NCBI GenBank assembly: GCA_045594045.1
Contig: JAZNXV010000004.1
Span: 1,610 to 65,609, forward strand
Source: Clostridia bacterium
GTDB lineage: Bacteria > Bacillota > Clostridia > Christensenellales > QALW01
Direction: 5' to 3'
Length of the DNA stretch: 64,000 nucleotides
Shown here: one piece after another, positions 37,795 through 45,920 of the stretch
How positions within the stretch are numbered: the first letter of the stretch is position 1
Layout of the letters: every line of letters starts with the position of its first letter
The notes under the pieces: generated by a model
The model's input: only the letters and a program-made list of their open reading frames with translations
Told to the model about the DNA's origin: nothing
The model's database searches: none
Position numbers and translations under genes: made by a program

Positions 37795-38418
37795 ATGCAC
37801 GAGAAAATGCGTGAATATACGCTTAAAGTACAAGAGCATAAGCTTCCGCGTTGGAGGGAGCTTCCCGACATTGAGCTTTATATGGACCAGGTTATTATGC
37901 TCATGCAAAAATATCTGGGTCCTTATATGCTTTCCGAGGATTTGCTCACCCCTTCAATGATAAACAATTATGTAAAAATCAACGCTTTACCTGCGCCCAT
38001 AAAAAAGAAATATTCGCGAGAGCATATTTCGCGGTTGCTTGTTATTTGCCTGATGAAGCGCCAATTACCCATTCCCGTGGTAAGTGCTATGATTGAAGAA
38101 CACGTGCGAGCCAACGGTATAGCCGCTTCCTTTGATGCCTTTGTTAGCGCATACGAGGATGCCTATAAGCGCACCGTTGAGAATATCGACGTTAACCGTG
38201 ATTTGCTTTTTACAGTATTCAGCCTTGCTATCAGTGCTGCCGCCAATCACACCTTGGCGGAAAGTGCAGTTAATATTTTGTCCGAAATCACAAAGCCTGC
38301 CGTCGATGCCAAAGAAGAAAAAGACGCAAAAAAAGATAAGGACTCCAAAAAAGATAAAGAGTCTAAAAAAGATAAAGAATTTAAAAAGAGCAAAGAGTCC
38401 AAAAAGGACGATAACTAA
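37795..38418 (+). CDS. DUF1836-like protein with a Lys/Asp/Glu-rich repeat tail
   Basis: 207 aa. The pattern LPRWRELPDIELYMDQVI...LTPSMINNYVK...P.KKKYSREHISRLL matches my recollection of DUF1836. The C-terminus is KKDKDSKKDKESKKDKEFKKSKESKKDDN. Confidence 0.55.
   Translation: MHEKMREYTLKVQEHKLPRWRELPDIELYMDQVIMLMQKYLGPYMLSEDLLTPSMINNYVKINALPAPIKKKYSREHISRLLVICLMKRQLPIPVVSAMIEEHVRANGIAASFDAFVSAYEDAYKRTVENIDVNRDLLFTVFSLAISAAANHTLAESAVNILSEITKPAVDAKEEKDAKKDKDSKKDKESKKDKEFKKSKESKKDDN
38329..38415 (+). repeat. Tandem 18-nt (6-codon) repeat, about 4.5 copies, inside the 3' end of the DUF1836-like gene
   Basis: aaaaaagataaggactcc / aaaaaagataaagagtct / aaaaaagataaagaattt / aaaaagagcaaagagtcc / aaaaaggacgataac. 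Confidence 0.85.
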
Positions 38419-38548
38419 CCAAACAAAAGCAAGGAACGCTTAAAAACCGATTAGTGCTTTGTTTCAAGTTATTCCTCTTTTTTATCAAATTGCTTGTGCT
38501 TTGACCCGAGTATTACAATTTAGAAACTATCTGTAACCAAAAACAAAA

Positions 38549-38578
38549 AAACACACCTGCAAAAAATCAGGTGTGTTT
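38549..38578. terminator. Bidirectional terminator
   Basis: 11-bp stem aaacacacctg/caggtgtgttt, with A-runs upstream and T-rich sequence downstream. Confidence 0.75.
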
Positions 38579-38595
38579 CGTTTTATTTTTAATGC

Positions 38596-38736
38596 TTATT
38601 TCTTGCTGCTTGCCGCCCTGTTAAGCAAAACGGTAACGATAATTATAATACCGATAACAACAAAAATACCAAGCATGCCCTTGCCCATATAGTGCAGGTT
38701 GTTTACAAAATTTTCAGGGATAAAATTAAATTCCAT
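38596..38736 (-). CDS. Unlisted 46-aa membrane peptide, OadG-like (gamma subunit of Na+-translocating decarboxylases)
   Basis: ATG 38736 lies 4 nt after a perfect AGGAGG(AAAA) RBS (38741-38750) and 15 nt downstream of the beta-subunit stop. Translation is MEFNFIPENFVNNLHYMGKGMLGIFVVIGIIIIVTVLLNRAASSKK, with one TM and a GxGMxxhF-like motif as in the OAD_gamma family. It falls below the 60-aa cutoff of the ORF track. Confidence 0.55.
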   Translation of the reverse strand: MEFNFIPENFVNNLHYMGKGMLGIFVVIGIIIIVTVLLNRAASSKK

Positions 38737-38751
38737 TTACTTTTCCTCCTA

Positions 38752-39912
38752 TCAACCGCCAAAGAAGCTTAAAATAAGTCCGCCGGCTATAACAGACGCT
38801 ATCTGACCGGAAACGTTTACGCCCATAGAATGCATAAGCAAGAAGTTCTGGTTGTCTTCAGCCAAGCCCATTTTGTGAACGATTCTGCCTGACATGGGGA
38901 ATGCGGAAATACCTGCCGCACCAATCATAGGATTGATTTTTTTCTTTAAGAAAAGGTTTAAGAACTTTGCAAAAAGAACACCGCCTGCAGTATCTACAAT
39001 AAAAGCTACAAGGCCAAGGCCAAGAATAATAAGTGTATCTAACTTTAAGAATTCTTCATAGTACATTCTTGAAGCGATTGTGATACCAAGGAAAATTGTA
39101 ATAAGATTTGCAAGTACGTTCTGCGCAGTATCCGAAAGGGAATTCAACACACCACATTCACGAATAAGGTTACCGAACATTAAGAAGCCTACAAGGTAAA
39201 CAGATTCGGGTGCCGCAAGACCGGCAATAACAGTAATTACAATGGGGAACAAAATCTTGGTAAGCTTTGAAACCTGTTTAGGCTCATAAGGCATACGGAT
39301 TTTTCTTTCATTCTTTGTTGTAAGAAATTTAATAACCGGGGGCTGAATAATAGGCACAAGCGCCATATATGAATATGCCGCAACCATAATAGCGCCTACG
39401 TATTTTGAATTAAGCGTTTGAGCAACTACGATAGAGGTGGGACCGTCTGCCGCACCGATAATAGCAATAGATGCCGCGTCCTTAATATCGAAGAACACTG
39501 ATGCCATGCAAAGTGTAAAGAAAATACCGAACTGTGCAGCAGCACCAAAAATCATAAGCTTTGGATTTGCAAGCAAGGGACCAAAGTCAATCATAGCACC
39601 GATGCCGATGAACAAAATCAGCGGGAACAATTCGTTTGCAATACCTGCGTTAAAGAGCGTTGTAAGCGGGCCTGCATCAAACTGTTTGTTTCCAAATGCA
39701 TCTAAAAGAGGCTGACCGCCTTGCTCAATAAGCTTCATAACGCCGGGCAGGTTAACGAGTATTGCACCGAAGCCGATAGGCAATAAAAGAGTGGGCTCCA
39801 TATCCTTTTTTATAGCAAGGAAAATAAGAATTCCGCCGATTGCCCACATAACAAGCATCTGCCACTCAAAGTTCTGGACTACGTTTTCATAAAGAAAGCT
39901 AAAAAATTCCAT
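38752..39912 (-). CDS. Sodium ion-translocating decarboxylase beta subunit (OadB/GcdB/MmdB family)
   Basis: 386-aa polytopic membrane protein. The N-terminal ..MLVMWAIGGILIFLAIKKDMEPTLLLPIGFGAILVNLP.. and overall pattern are typical of the family. The RBS is AAGGAGAG. Confidence 0.85.
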   Translation of the reverse strand: MEFFSFLYENVVQNFEWQMLVMWAIGGILIFLAIKKDMEPTLLLPIGFGAILVNLPGVMKLIEQGGQPLLDAFGNKQFDAGPLTTLFNAGIANELFPLILFIGIGAMIDFGPLLANPKLMIFGAAAQFGIFFTLCMASVFFDIKDAASIAIIGAADGPTSIVVAQTLNSKYVGAIMVAAYSYMALVPIIQPPVIKFLTTKNERKIRMPYEPKQVSKLTKILFPIVITVIAGLAAPESVYLVGFLMFGNLIRECGVLNSLSDTAQNVLANLITIFLGITIASRMYYEEFLKLDTLIILGLGLVAFIVDTAGGVLFAKFLNLFLKKKINPMIGAAGISAFPMSGRIVHKMGLAEDNQNFLLMHSMGVNVSGQIASVIAGGLILSFFGG

Positions 39913-40089
39913 CTGTGTTCTCTCCTTATTTATCTTGATAGCATTTATAAAAAAGACTCATATTGCACGAACAAAAGTTAAGCAATATGAGTCTCGCTTT
40001 TTAATACATAGGCGGGCTTAATGCCGTATTGACGCCAAATGTAACGATTGCTCGCAAGCTACTCCCTCTATAAATATCATTTACACTGT
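39913..40089 (-). promoter_or_regulatory. Long structured 5' leader of the beta-subunit gene (candidate riboswitch/attenuator)
   Basis: The leader is about 175 nt between the predicted promoter and the ATG. It contains an extended hairpin (plus-strand 40005-40043: tacat/atgta, ggcg/cgcc, ggc/gcc) and a terminal intrinsic terminator (39949-39993). Confidence 0.5.
39949..39993 (-). terminator. Intrinsic terminator inside the leader, immediately upstream of the RBS
   Basis: Perfect 12-bp stem gactcatattgc/gcaatatgagtc with a 15-nt loop, followed by U6 on the minus strand. The RBS starts about 20 nt further on. Confidence 0.75.
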
Positions 40090-40095
40090 TCGTTG

Positions 40096-40124
40096 ATTAT
40101 AACATATTTTACTGTTTTTAACAA
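40096..40124 (-). promoter_or_regulatory. Predicted sigma-A promoter (extended -10) for the decarboxylase beta/gamma genes
   Basis: On the minus strand: TTGTTA (40124-40119), 17-nt spacer, TGtTATAAT (-10 at 40101-40096). An AT-rich UP-like region lies at 40130-40170. Confidence 0.55.
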
Positions 40125-40180
40125 GAAAAAATGCAATAATTTTTTTGTTTTTTATTTTTATTTACGCTTCGCACCCCCTC

Positions 40181-40203
40181 GGTGTTCGAATCCCCTTCTT
40201 TTC
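40181..40203 (+). other. Degenerate 3'-terminal fragment of tRNA-Ser (T-arm plus acceptor 3' strand), inverted relative to the intact gene
   Basis: ggtgttcgaatccccttcttttc matches the tRNA 3' end ggggttcgaatccccttctctcc at 20 of 23 positions. A 16-nt perfect inverted repeat joins 40184-40199 and 40256-40271. Confidence 0.7.
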
Positions 40204-40215
40204 TTCTTAATAAAC

Positions 40216-40245
40216 AAAAAAACACTACAGAAGTAGTGTTTTTTT
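40216..40245 (-). terminator. Rho-independent terminator of tRNA-Ser
   Basis: Stem aacactac/gtagtgtt with a 4-nt loop, followed by a U-run on the minus strand directly after the tRNA CCA end. Confidence 0.8.
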
Positions 40246-40247
40246 GT

Positions 40248-40339
40248 TGGCGGAGAGAAGGGGATTCGAACCCCTGAATGGGTATTAGCCATTACACGAT
40301 TTCCAATCGTGCGCCTTCGACCAGCTCAGCCATCTCTCC
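40248..40339 (-). tRNA. tRNA-Ser (anticodon GGA), CCA encoded
   Basis: The minus-strand sequence GGAGAGATGGCTGAGCTGGTCGAAGGCGCACGATTGGAAATCGTGTAATGGCTAATACCCATTCAGGGGTTCGAATCCCCTTCTCTCCGCCA folds as a cloverleaf. It has a 7-bp acceptor stem, anticodon loop TTGGAAA, a long variable arm and a GGTTCGAAT T-loop. Confidence 0.93.
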
Positions 40340-40350
40340 AAGCACGATAT

Positions 40351-40379
40351 AGTATAATTGCAAGGTCTTTTTTTGTCAA
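40351..40379 (-). promoter_or_regulatory. Predicted promoter of tRNA-Ser
   Basis: On the minus strand: TTGACA (40379-40374), 17-nt spacer, TATACT (40356-40351), 11 nt upstream of the mature 5' end. Confidence 0.6.
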
Positions 40380-40438
40380 GCACTTTTGTTTTCAATAATT
40401 CTTTAAAAATCTAAATATATTATTAAAAGCGTTGCTTA

Positions 40439-41170
40439 TCAATAAAACACCTCGTCCATTGTCAGCCCTTTGGCTTCTGCCGTTAAACCAGCTTGCGCGC
40501 GGGCTTTTCCTTCGATAATTGCTCGCACCTGTTCAGGTGTTTTTTTATTTTTGCCCACCTCTACAAGCGTGCCTGCGATAATTCTTACCATGTTGTACAA
40601 AAAGCCGTTTCCTTCAACGATAATTTCAATCAGCTCGTCTTTTTTTACAATATCCAATCTGCTCACCGTGCGCACCGTTGTTTTAACACTGCTGCCTGCG
40701 GCACAAAACGCCTTAAAATCGTGAGTTCCCTTAATATACTCTGCTCCCTGCTTCATCAGGTCAAGGTCGAGTTTTTCAGGCACGTGCCACGCAAACCTAC
40801 CCATTATGGCACTTGCATGGGGAGCGTTTATTATACGGTAGATATACCGTTTCCCTTTGGCTGAAAATCTACAATGAAAATCATCTTCTGCCTGCCAGGT
40901 CTTCTTTATCCGAATATCTTTCGGCAAGTTAGTGTTTAAGATAAATGCAAACTTTTCCGCAGGAATATTTGTTTCAATGTCAAAGTGACCGCATTGAGCC
41001 TTGGCGTGAACACCGCTGTCCGTTCTGCCTGCGCCAAATACGGTTATATGACCTTGCTTTAAACTAAGTAAGGCTTGTTCAATTTTTTCTTGTACGGTAA
41101 CGTCGTTTTTTTGTATTTGCCAGCCTGCATAATCGGTACCGTCATACTCTACAATAAAAGCAATTCTCAT
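40439..41170 (-). CDS. truA: tRNA pseudouridine(38-40) synthase TruA
   Basis: ATG 41170 (MRIAFIVEYDGTDYAGWQIQ..) and the catalytic GAGRTDSGVHA motif. Confidence 0.93.
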   Translation of the reverse strand: MRIAFIVEYDGTDYAGWQIQKNDVTVQEKIEQALLSLKQGHITVFGAGRTDSGVHAKAQCGHFDIETNIPAEKFAFILNTNLPKDIRIKKTWQAEDDFHCRFSAKGKRYIYRIINAPHASAIMGRFAWHVPEKLDLDLMKQGAEYIKGTHDFKAFCAAGSSVKTTVRTVSRLDIVKKDELIEIIVEGNGFLYNMVRIIAGTLVEVGKNKKTPEQVRAIIEGKARAQAGLTAEAKGLTMDEVFY

Positions 41171-41172
41171 TT

Positions 41173-42000
41173 TTAACTCGCTAAATACGGAAATATATTT
41201 GCCAAAAAAATGTTGTCCAAAATAATAAAAGCACAAAAGGCTGATACAATTAAGAAAGCTACACTATCTGCTTTTTGCATTTTAAGAACCTTAAGCCGTG
41301 TTCTGCCTTCTCCGCCGTGATAGCAACGGGCTTCCATAGCAGAAGCAAGCTCAAGCGCCCTATGAAATGCAGAAACCAAAAGGGGTATCAAAAGTGCAAT
41401 TACTGCTTTGGCGCGGTTTATAAGCTTACCTTCATCAAACACAGCACCGCGTGCCGATTGTGCCTTCATAATTTTGTCGGTTTCTTCTGTTAAAATAGGA
41501 ATAAACCTAAGAGCAATACTCATCATCATAGCAATTTCGTGAGCAGGAAAACCTATTATTTTAAGGGGTGACATTATACGTTCCAACCCGTCCGTAAGTT
41601 CAATAGGCGAGGTGGTAAACGTCAAAAGCCCCGCACCGATTACAAGCAGAATAAGCCTTAACGCCATAAAGGCAGCGTGAACAATTCCACCGTCTGTTAT
41701 TTTTACCGTACCAATATCAAACAGCACATTTCCCTTTGCAAAAAACAGCGTGTTAAGAATAAAGGTGAATATAATTAAAACTATAATCGCCTTTAAGCTC
41801 TTAAACATATTTTTAAGCGGAATTCTTCCAATTAAAGCAATGGCAAAAACAAACAGAGCGCATAACGCTAAACCAATAAAGGTTTTTGATGCAAAAACAA
41901 AAGAAATCAAAAGCACCGTGCAAATTATTTTTGTTCTCGGGTCTAATGAATGAACGGGACTTTTTACCGGGTAATACTGCCCTAACGTAATATCTCTCAT
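41173..42000 (-). CDS. ecfT: Energy-coupling factor transporter transmembrane component EcfT
   Basis: 275-aa membrane protein containing ..ARGA.. / ALRFIP. It follows two EcfA ATPases and precedes truA, the classic Firmicutes arrangement. Confidence 0.88.
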   Translation of the reverse strand: MRDITLGQYYPVKSPVHSLDPRTKIICTVLLISFVFASKTFIGLALCALFVFAIALIGRIPLKNMFKSLKAIIVLIIFTFILNTLFFAKGNVLFDIGTVKITDGGIVHAAFMALRLILLVIGAGLLTFTTSPIELTDGLERIMSPLKIIGFPAHEIAMMMSIALRFIPILTEETDKIMKAQSARGAVFDEGKLINRAKAVIALLIPLLVSAFHRALELASAMEARCYHGGEGRTRLKVLKMQKADSVAFLIVSAFCAFIILDNIFLANIFPYLAS

Positions 42001-42845
42001 TTATTCACCCCCGCAACAAAATCAACAAGCTCCTGCACCTTGCAGATGTTTGTAGGAATGTTTTTACCCTGCTTATTAAGGTTGTACACAAGAGCGCTTA
42101 CTGTAGGAAGCTCTAACCCTAAGGAAAGTATTTCCTCATGCCGCGAAAAAACCTCGCTTACAGTTCCGTCAAGAGCCTTTTTGCCGTGGTGCATAACAAC
42201 AACTCTGTCAGCAACAGCTACAATATCATCCATATTATGTGAAATCATAATAATAGTTGCTTTGTATTTTTTATGATATTCGTCTATCACCTTTAAAATT
42301 TCCGCCTTGCCCAACGGGTCAAGCCCTGCAATAGGTTCGTCAAGCACAAGCACCTTGGGGCGCATAGAAAGCACGCCCGCAATGGCAACGCGACGTTTTT
42401 GCCCGCCCGAAAGCTCAAATGGCGAAACGCTTTTCAGCTCCGCACTCAAGCCTACAAGAGCCATACTTTCTTCAACAGCGGCTTCTATTTCTTTTTCGGA
42501 AAAGCCCATATTTTTAGGTCCGAAGGCAATATCGTCAAAAACAGTTTGTTCAAAGAGCTGATATTCAGGGTATTGGAACACCATACCTACCTTTTGACGA
42601 AGGCTTTTGTAATCGGGCTTCTTTGCCTTTAAGTCAATACCTTCTATAATCATTTCGTCCACGCTTGTTGGCTTCAAAATGCCGTTCAAGTGCTGTACCA
42701 ATGTACTTTTTCCGCTTCCCGTATGACCTATAATGCAAATATATTCCCCATCAGAAGCGCAAAAATCTACACCTTCTACTGCCGCAACGGAAAAAGGCGA
42801 ATCGGGATTATATACGTGATTTAAGTTTTTTATACTAATTGACAT
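41997..42845 (-). CDS. ecfA2: ECF transporter ATPase EcfA2
   Basis: ATG 42845 (MSISIKNLNHVY..). It has Walker A GHTGSGKST, signature LSGGQKRRVA and Walker B LVLDEP. Confidence 0.88.
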   Translation of the reverse strand: MSISIKNLNHVYNPDSPFSVAAVEGVDFCASDGEYICIIGHTGSGKSTLVQHLNGILKPTSVDEMIIEGIDLKAKKPDYKSLRQKVGMVFQYPEYQLFEQTVFDDIAFGPKNMGFSEKEIEAAVEESMALVGLSAELKSVSPFELSGGQKRRVAIAGVLSMRPKVLVLDEPIAGLDPLGKAEILKVIDEYHKKYKATIIMISHNMDDIVAVADRVVVMHHGKKALDGTVSEVFSRHEEILSLGLELPTVSALVYNLNKQGKNIPTNICKVQELVDFVAGVNK

Positions 42846-43675
42846 AATTCTTGGCAAAGCTCCTGAAAGGTCAAAATGTTACCTTTAATATTAACACCCG
42901 CGTTGTTTAGCTCTCTTGCTATTTTTGTTGAATTAGGCACCTCAAGGGAAAGCTCGGTTATTTTTTCAACCTCATCAAAAATTTCCTTAGGTGTACCCTC
43001 TAATTTTATTTCTCCTTGGCTCATTACAACAATTCTGTCCGCATTAACTGTTTCTTCCATAAAATGCGTAATAAAAACTACAGTAATGCCCTTTTCTCTG
43101 TTCAGGCGATGCACCGTTTCAAGCACCTCCCGCCTGCCCTTCGGGTCAAGCATGGAGGTTGATTCGTCCATAATTAAGATTTCGGGCTCCATAGCAATAA
43201 TACCCGCAATAGCTATACGCTGTTTTTGACCGCCCGAAAGTCTGTTGGGCGATTTTTTTGCATATTCAAGCATATCAACCGCCGCCAAAGCATCATCAAC
43301 ACGCTTGCGAAGCTGACTTTGCTCAACCCCCAAATTTTCAGGGCCAAAAGCTACGTCTTCCTCAACTATGGAAGCAACCATCTGGTTGTCGGGATTTTGG
43401 AACACCATTCCCGCCATTGAGCGTATTTTTATTCTCAAAGCGTCGTCCCGTGTATCCATACCGTTAACCTTAACGCTACCCTCAATGGGAATAAGCAGAC
43501 CGTTAATCAGCTTTGCCAAGGTACTCTTACCGCACCCGTTGTGACCGAGCACGCATAAAAACTCACCTTTTTTTACATCAAGATTTACTTTGTGCAACAC
43601 TTCGGCAGATTCATCATCGTACCTGTAAACAGCATCGCGAATTTCAATAATGTTTTGCATCTTTAAGTTTTTCAC
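42830..43675 (-). CDS. ecfA1: ECF transporter ATPase EcfA1
   Basis: Walker A GHNGCGKST, signature LSGGQKQRIA and Walker B LIMDES. The start is ambiguous (GTG 43675 or ATG 43660). Confidence 0.88.
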   Translation of the reverse strand: MKNLKMQNIIEIRDAVYRYDDESAEVLHKVNLDVKKGEFLCVLGHNGCGKSTLAKLINGLLIPIEGSVKVNGMDTRDDALRIKIRSMAGMVFQNPDNQMVASIVEEDVAFGPENLGVEQSQLRKRVDDALAAVDMLEYAKKSPNRLSGGQKQRIAIAGIIAMEPEILIMDESTSMLDPKGRREVLETVHRLNREKGITVVFITHFMEETVNADRIVVMSQGEIKLEGTPKEIFDEVEKITELSLEVPNSTKIARELNNAGVNIKGNILTFQELCQELCQLV

Positions 43676-44948
43676 TTATCCTTTTTTCAAAGCCCTGCTC
43701 TGAAGGCTCATAATATTTTTTGCCCAAAAGCTCGTCGGGCATATATTGCTGTTCTACGTAGTGGTCAGGAAAATTGTGTGGATATTTATAATCCAAGCCC
43801 CTGCCTAATTTTTCGTGACCTGAATAGTGACTGTCGCAAAGGTGCGTAGGCACGTTAGTATGTATATTTACATCTTGCTCTACTGCTTCAAGTGCCATAA
43901 CAACGCTGTTGCTTTTAGGGGCGGTACAAATATAAATTATGCTTTGAGTTAGCGCTAAACGACATTCGGGATATCCAACCTTTTCTACCGCTTCAAGCGC
44001 CGCCAATGCTTGTAAAAGCGCCATTGGGTCAGCTACACCTATATCTTCTGAAGCGTGGGCTATCATTCTTCGAGCAATAATTTTAGGCTCAAGCCCGCCT
44101 TCGATTAAGCGCATAGCCCAATAGAGCGCAGCATCAGGGTCACTACCCCGAAGGCTCTTACAAAAGGCGCTGAGCATATCGTACATAAGACTTTCGTCTA
44201 TCGCAACAACAGGCTTTTGTATAGATTCTTCCGCTATTTCAAGAGTAATACGGACGTTACCGTCAGCATCGGGCTTTGTTGTAAGAACGGCTAATTCCAA
44301 GGCGTTCAATGCACTTCTGACGTCACCTGCGGCGGTTAATACAATATGGTCAAGAGCCGCTTCTTCATAGGTAACGTTCATATTTCCGTAGCCGCGAGCC
44401 GTATCATTCAGCGCCATTAAAAGTGCTTTTTTAATATCGTCCTTGGTTAAAGACGCAAACTCAAAAACTCTGCATCTTGAAACAAGAGCGCGAGTTAAAT
44501 TTATATACGGATTTTCCGTAGTGGAACCGATAAGCCGAATAGTACCGTTTTCAAGAGCAGGCAAAAGAGCATCTGACTGAGCTTTACTCCATCTGTGACA
44601 TTCGTCAAGAAGCAAAAACGTACTTTTGCCGTATAGCCTTTGGCGTTCTTCCGCGGCTTTGATAATATCGCGAACCTCTGAAACCCCTGCAGTTACGGCG
44701 TTAAGCTTTTCAAAATGCGCGGAGCAAACGTTAGCAACAATAGATGCCAGGCTTGTTTTTCCGCAACCGGGCGGTCCAAAGAAAATACAGCTTGAAAGCC
44801 TGTCTGCCTCTATTGCTCTGCGCAAAAGCTTGCCCTTGCCCACAATATGCTCTTGCCCGAAAAACTCGTCAAAATTTCTTGGGCGCATACGTTCTGCTAA
44901 CGGTGCAGAGCTGTTATTTTTATTTGCCATTGAAAATAAATCATTCAT
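43644..44948 (-). CDS. rarA: Replication-associated recombination protein A (RarA/MgsA AAA+ ATPase)
   Basis: 434 aa with LAERMRPRNFDEF.GQ, GPPGCGKTS, LLDECHRW and the C-terminal MgsA domain ..YLPD.L.GKKYY.P. Confidence 0.92.
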   Translation of the reverse strand: MNDLFSMANKNNSSAPLAERMRPRNFDEFFGQEHIVGKGKLLRRAIEADRLSSCIFFGPPGCGKTSLASIVANVCSAHFEKLNAVTAGVSEVRDIIKAAEERQRLYGKSTFLLLDECHRWSKAQSDALLPALENGTIRLIGSTTENPYINLTRALVSRCRVFEFASLTKDDIKKALLMALNDTARGYGNMNVTYEEAALDHIVLTAAGDVRSALNALELAVLTTKPDADGNVRITLEIAEESIQKPVVAIDESLMYDMLSAFCKSLRGSDPDAALYWAMRLIEGGLEPKIIARRMIAHASEDIGVADPMALLQALAALEAVEKVGYPECRLALTQSIIYICTAPKSNSVVMALEAVEQDVNIHTNVPTHLCDSHYSGHEKLGRGLDYKYPHNFPDHYVEQQYMPDELLGKKYYEPSEQGFEKRISEKLKDAKHY

Positions 44949-45885
44949 TTATTTTTCTCCAAACAAACGCCGTCCATTCTCCTAAGGACAAACGCTGTAA
45001 TTTTTCAAAGCCGCAAGAGGAAATTTTTGCTTCAACCTCATCTGCACGCTCATTTATAATGCCTGACGTAATGTAAATTCCGTTTTCAAGCAAATGCTCG
45101 TTTGCTTTTTCTGCCAAAAGCATAACTGCATCGGCAATAATATTTGCTACGATTATATCTACCTTATCTAAAGTGTTCTCCAATAAGTTAGCTTGAGTTA
45201 CTTCAATATCGTAGCCGCAACGAAGCATATTTTCCTTTGCTACCTTTACGGCTTCGGCATCTATATCGACGGCTTTAACACTTTTTGCTCCTAAAAGATA
45301 GGCGCACATTGCTAAAATTCCCGTACCGCAGCCTACGTCCATAACAGATGAGCCCTTTGTTACGTAATCTTCCAAAAAGCCTATACACATACGGGTTGTT
45401 TCGTGAGATCCCGTACCGAAAGCGGCACCGGGGTCAAGCTCTAAAACAAGCTCCCCTTCCTGTTTTTCGTATTCTTCCCAGGAAGGCTTAATAACTATTT
45501 TTTTATGGGGTTTAAAGGGCTTATAATATTTTTTCCAGGTTTCGCCCCAATTTTCGTCTTTGATTTTCTCTTTTATAAAAGTCAGACTACCCCAAGGAAA
45601 ATCGGGGTTGTTTTCTCTGACCGTAACAAGATTTTCTCGCACAAAGTTTTCTAAACTCTCTATATCTTCGTCCTCGGAGACAAAGCCGCGTACGCAAACT
45701 TCCTCATCATATCCTTGAGCAAGCTCTTCGTCGATATAATCCCATTCTTCTTTTGGGCGATTGTAGGAAGTAATATCCGCAGCGTCTTCAATTATAACGC
45801 CCCCTGCGGAAACACCGCTTAAAATTTCGGATATAACGTCCGACCCTAACGTTGTTGTTTTAACTGTAAATCTAATCCAATCCAT
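44941..45885 (-). CDS. prmA: Ribosomal protein L11 methyltransferase
   Basis: 314 aa with PGAAFGTGSHETT and the SAM motif DVGCGTGILA. Confidence 0.9.
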   Translation of the reverse strand: MDWIRFTVKTTTLGSDVISEILSGVSAGGVIIEDAADITSYNRPKEEWDYIDEELAQGYDEEVCVRGFVSEDEDIESLENFVRENLVTVRENNPDFPWGSLTFIKEKIKDENWGETWKKYYKPFKPHKKIVIKPSWEEYEKQEGELVLELDPGAAFGTGSHETTRMCIGFLEDYVTKGSSVMDVGCGTGILAMCAYLLGAKSVKAVDIDAEAVKVAKENMLRCGYDIEVTQANLLENTLDKVDIIVANIIADAVMLLAEKANEHLLENGIYITSGIINERADEVEAKISSCGFEKLQRLSLGEWTAFVWRKINE

Positions 45886-45920
45886 AAACCCTCGTGTTTT
45901 ATAATTAAATAATTTGTTAG

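Noticed and set aside
40048-40236. 62-aa plus-strand ORF in the tRNA / beta-subunit intergenic region
   Set aside because: It overlaps the predicted minus-strand promoter, the AT-rich UP-like tract and the tRNA fragment. It has no RBS and a low-complexity, Phe/Leu/Lys-rich translation.
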